Shown here: positions 63,264 to 64,000 of the stretch, piece by piece
Position numbering within the stretch: the stretch's first letter is position 1
Layout: each line of letters starts with the position of its first letter
DNA from: an uncultured virus (IMG/VR IMGVR_UViG_2806310790_000002)
Taxonomy: Duplodnaviria; Heunggongvirae; Uroviricota; Caudoviricetes
Virus record (IMG/VR): IMGVR_UViG_2806310790_000002
DNA: 64,000 bases
Strand: one strand, 5' to 3'
The notes under the pieces: model-generated
Database searches by the model: none
What the model was told of the DNA's origin: nothing
Seen by the model: the letters and a program-made list of their open reading frames with translations, nothing else
Made by a program: the position numbers and the translations under genes

Positions 63264-63458
63264 TTACTCTGTTTTACGATTTTCTCTTAATTTTTCTTCA
63301 CTGACGGTAGTATTAGAAATTGTATTTGTATTATTGGGTTTGCAATACAAACACATTTGGGTAAAAGGTGAATATACCCTGCCACACTTCGGACAAATCC
63401 AACCTTGCTGCCCGAACACTCCGTTATACGGATTAACTGCGCTTGATTCTTGTTTCAT
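63264..63458 (-). CDS. Small zinc-finger protein
   Basis: GWICPKCGRVYSP....CLYC. Confidence 0.7.
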   Translation of the reverse strand: MKQESSAVNPYNGVFGQQGWICPKCGRVYSPFTQMCLYCKPNNTNTISNTTVSEEKLRENRKTE

Positions 63459-63473
63459 AATTTGATATTTTAG

Positions 63474-63695
63474 TTATTTCTTATGGTTAAGTCGTTTAAT
63501 AGCGTCCTTTTTGGAATATGCCATAACTTTCTGTCCTTTTATGGTAAACTCTCTTAACTCTTTAACTGATGACTTAACTTTATAGTTAGGATTAAAAGTC
63601 ATTCCTTCTTTACGATTCACAGAGTATGGATCGTTACTTTGTGCTGCTGCGCACATAGCTGCTGTTGCCAGTAACATTTGCTTTAATTTGCTCAT
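63474..63695 (-). CDS. Hypothetical protein
   Basis: FTIKGQKVMAYSKKDAIKRL motif. Confidence 0.65.
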   Translation of the reverse strand: MSKLKQMLLATAAMCAAAQSNDPYSVNRKEGMTFNPNYKVKSSVKELREFTIKGQKVMAYSKKDAIKRLNHKK

Positions 63696-63886
63696 ACCAT
63701 TCTATTATTGCATTGTAAATAAATTGTCGTTCCATCAGTACTGATACAGCCTACTTCAAATTGCGTCCAAGAGTTATCCCAACATTTTGTCCCGGGTGGC
63801 ACCTGTATGGAGATATAAATATCTTCGTTTCTATCGCATTGATCTAGTGCTTCTTCAAACTTTTCTAAGAATTCATCTAAGCTCAT
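63692..63886 (-). CDS. Hypothetical protein
   Basis: 64-aa ORF coupled to the next gene. Confidence 0.6.
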   Translation of the reverse strand: MSLDEFLEKFEEALDQCDRNEDIYISIQVPPGTKCWDNSWTQFEVGCISTDGTTIYLQCNNRMV

Positions 63887-64000
63887 ATTACCAATGTTAT
63901 TTAGAGGTGGGGAGTAATAATTCTGCTATATCTTCTTTCATCAAGCCATGTTCGTCCAGCTTGGCTACGATTTGAGATGCAAATAGTAAATCATATCTTT

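Larger units (their letters stand above)
1..64000. mobile_element. Temperate siphovirus-like prophage of a Bacteroidales host (extends beyond the window on the right; att site not seen)
   Basis: Integrase, terminase, portal, capsid, tape measure, endolysin and replication genes in canonical modular order; no host housekeeping genes; Bacteroidetes-type TAnnTTTG promoter boxes. Confidence 0.95.

Noticed and set aside
1..64000. Stop-codon reassignment or suppressor tRNA
   Set aside because: Long genes are intact in the standard code, TAG and TGA both end genes, and none of the tRNA-like RNAs shows a CTA or TCA anticodon

Overview
The window is most of a temperate, long-tailed (siphovirus-like) prophage of a Bacteroides/Phocaeicola-type host. 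The host assignment rests on AT-rich sequence, TAnnTTTG promoter boxes and BACON/DUF4373-type proteins. A tyrosine integrase (+) opens the window. Almost everything else is on the - strand, reading right to left: early/replication and DNA-metabolism genes (~64-48 kb), a DNA-modification/packaging block (~47.8-42.5 kb), portal and head (~41.4-33.2 kb), tail (~33-14.6 kb), lysis and accessory structural genes (~14.6-7.7 kb), and an accessory region (~7.4-1.3 kb). Main observations: (1) three non-canonical tRNA-like RNAs plus other stem-loops lie directly upstream of a Dam-like methyltransferase fused to a Mom-like GNAT domain and a ParB-like gene, and a fourth, related tRNA-Gly(ACC)-like cloverleaf with a GUGC T-loop lies in the tail module; together these are a candidate tRNA-dependent DNA-hypermodification system with its own donor tRNA. 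(2) A HicA-HicB-SecB toxin-antitoxin-chaperone operon. (3) A MuF-alarmone-synthetase toxin with immunity and HD-hydrolase genes. (4) A palindromic operator embedded in six lytic promoters. (5) A shared AGAGCAATG start motif whose complement occurs in two non-coding transcripts. (6) A homing endonuclease that appears to have captured the N-terminus of a methyltransferase. (7) An uncharacterised Gly-rich/Cys-cluster/RGG/HExxH operon. All calls come from motifs read by eye; no searches were run.
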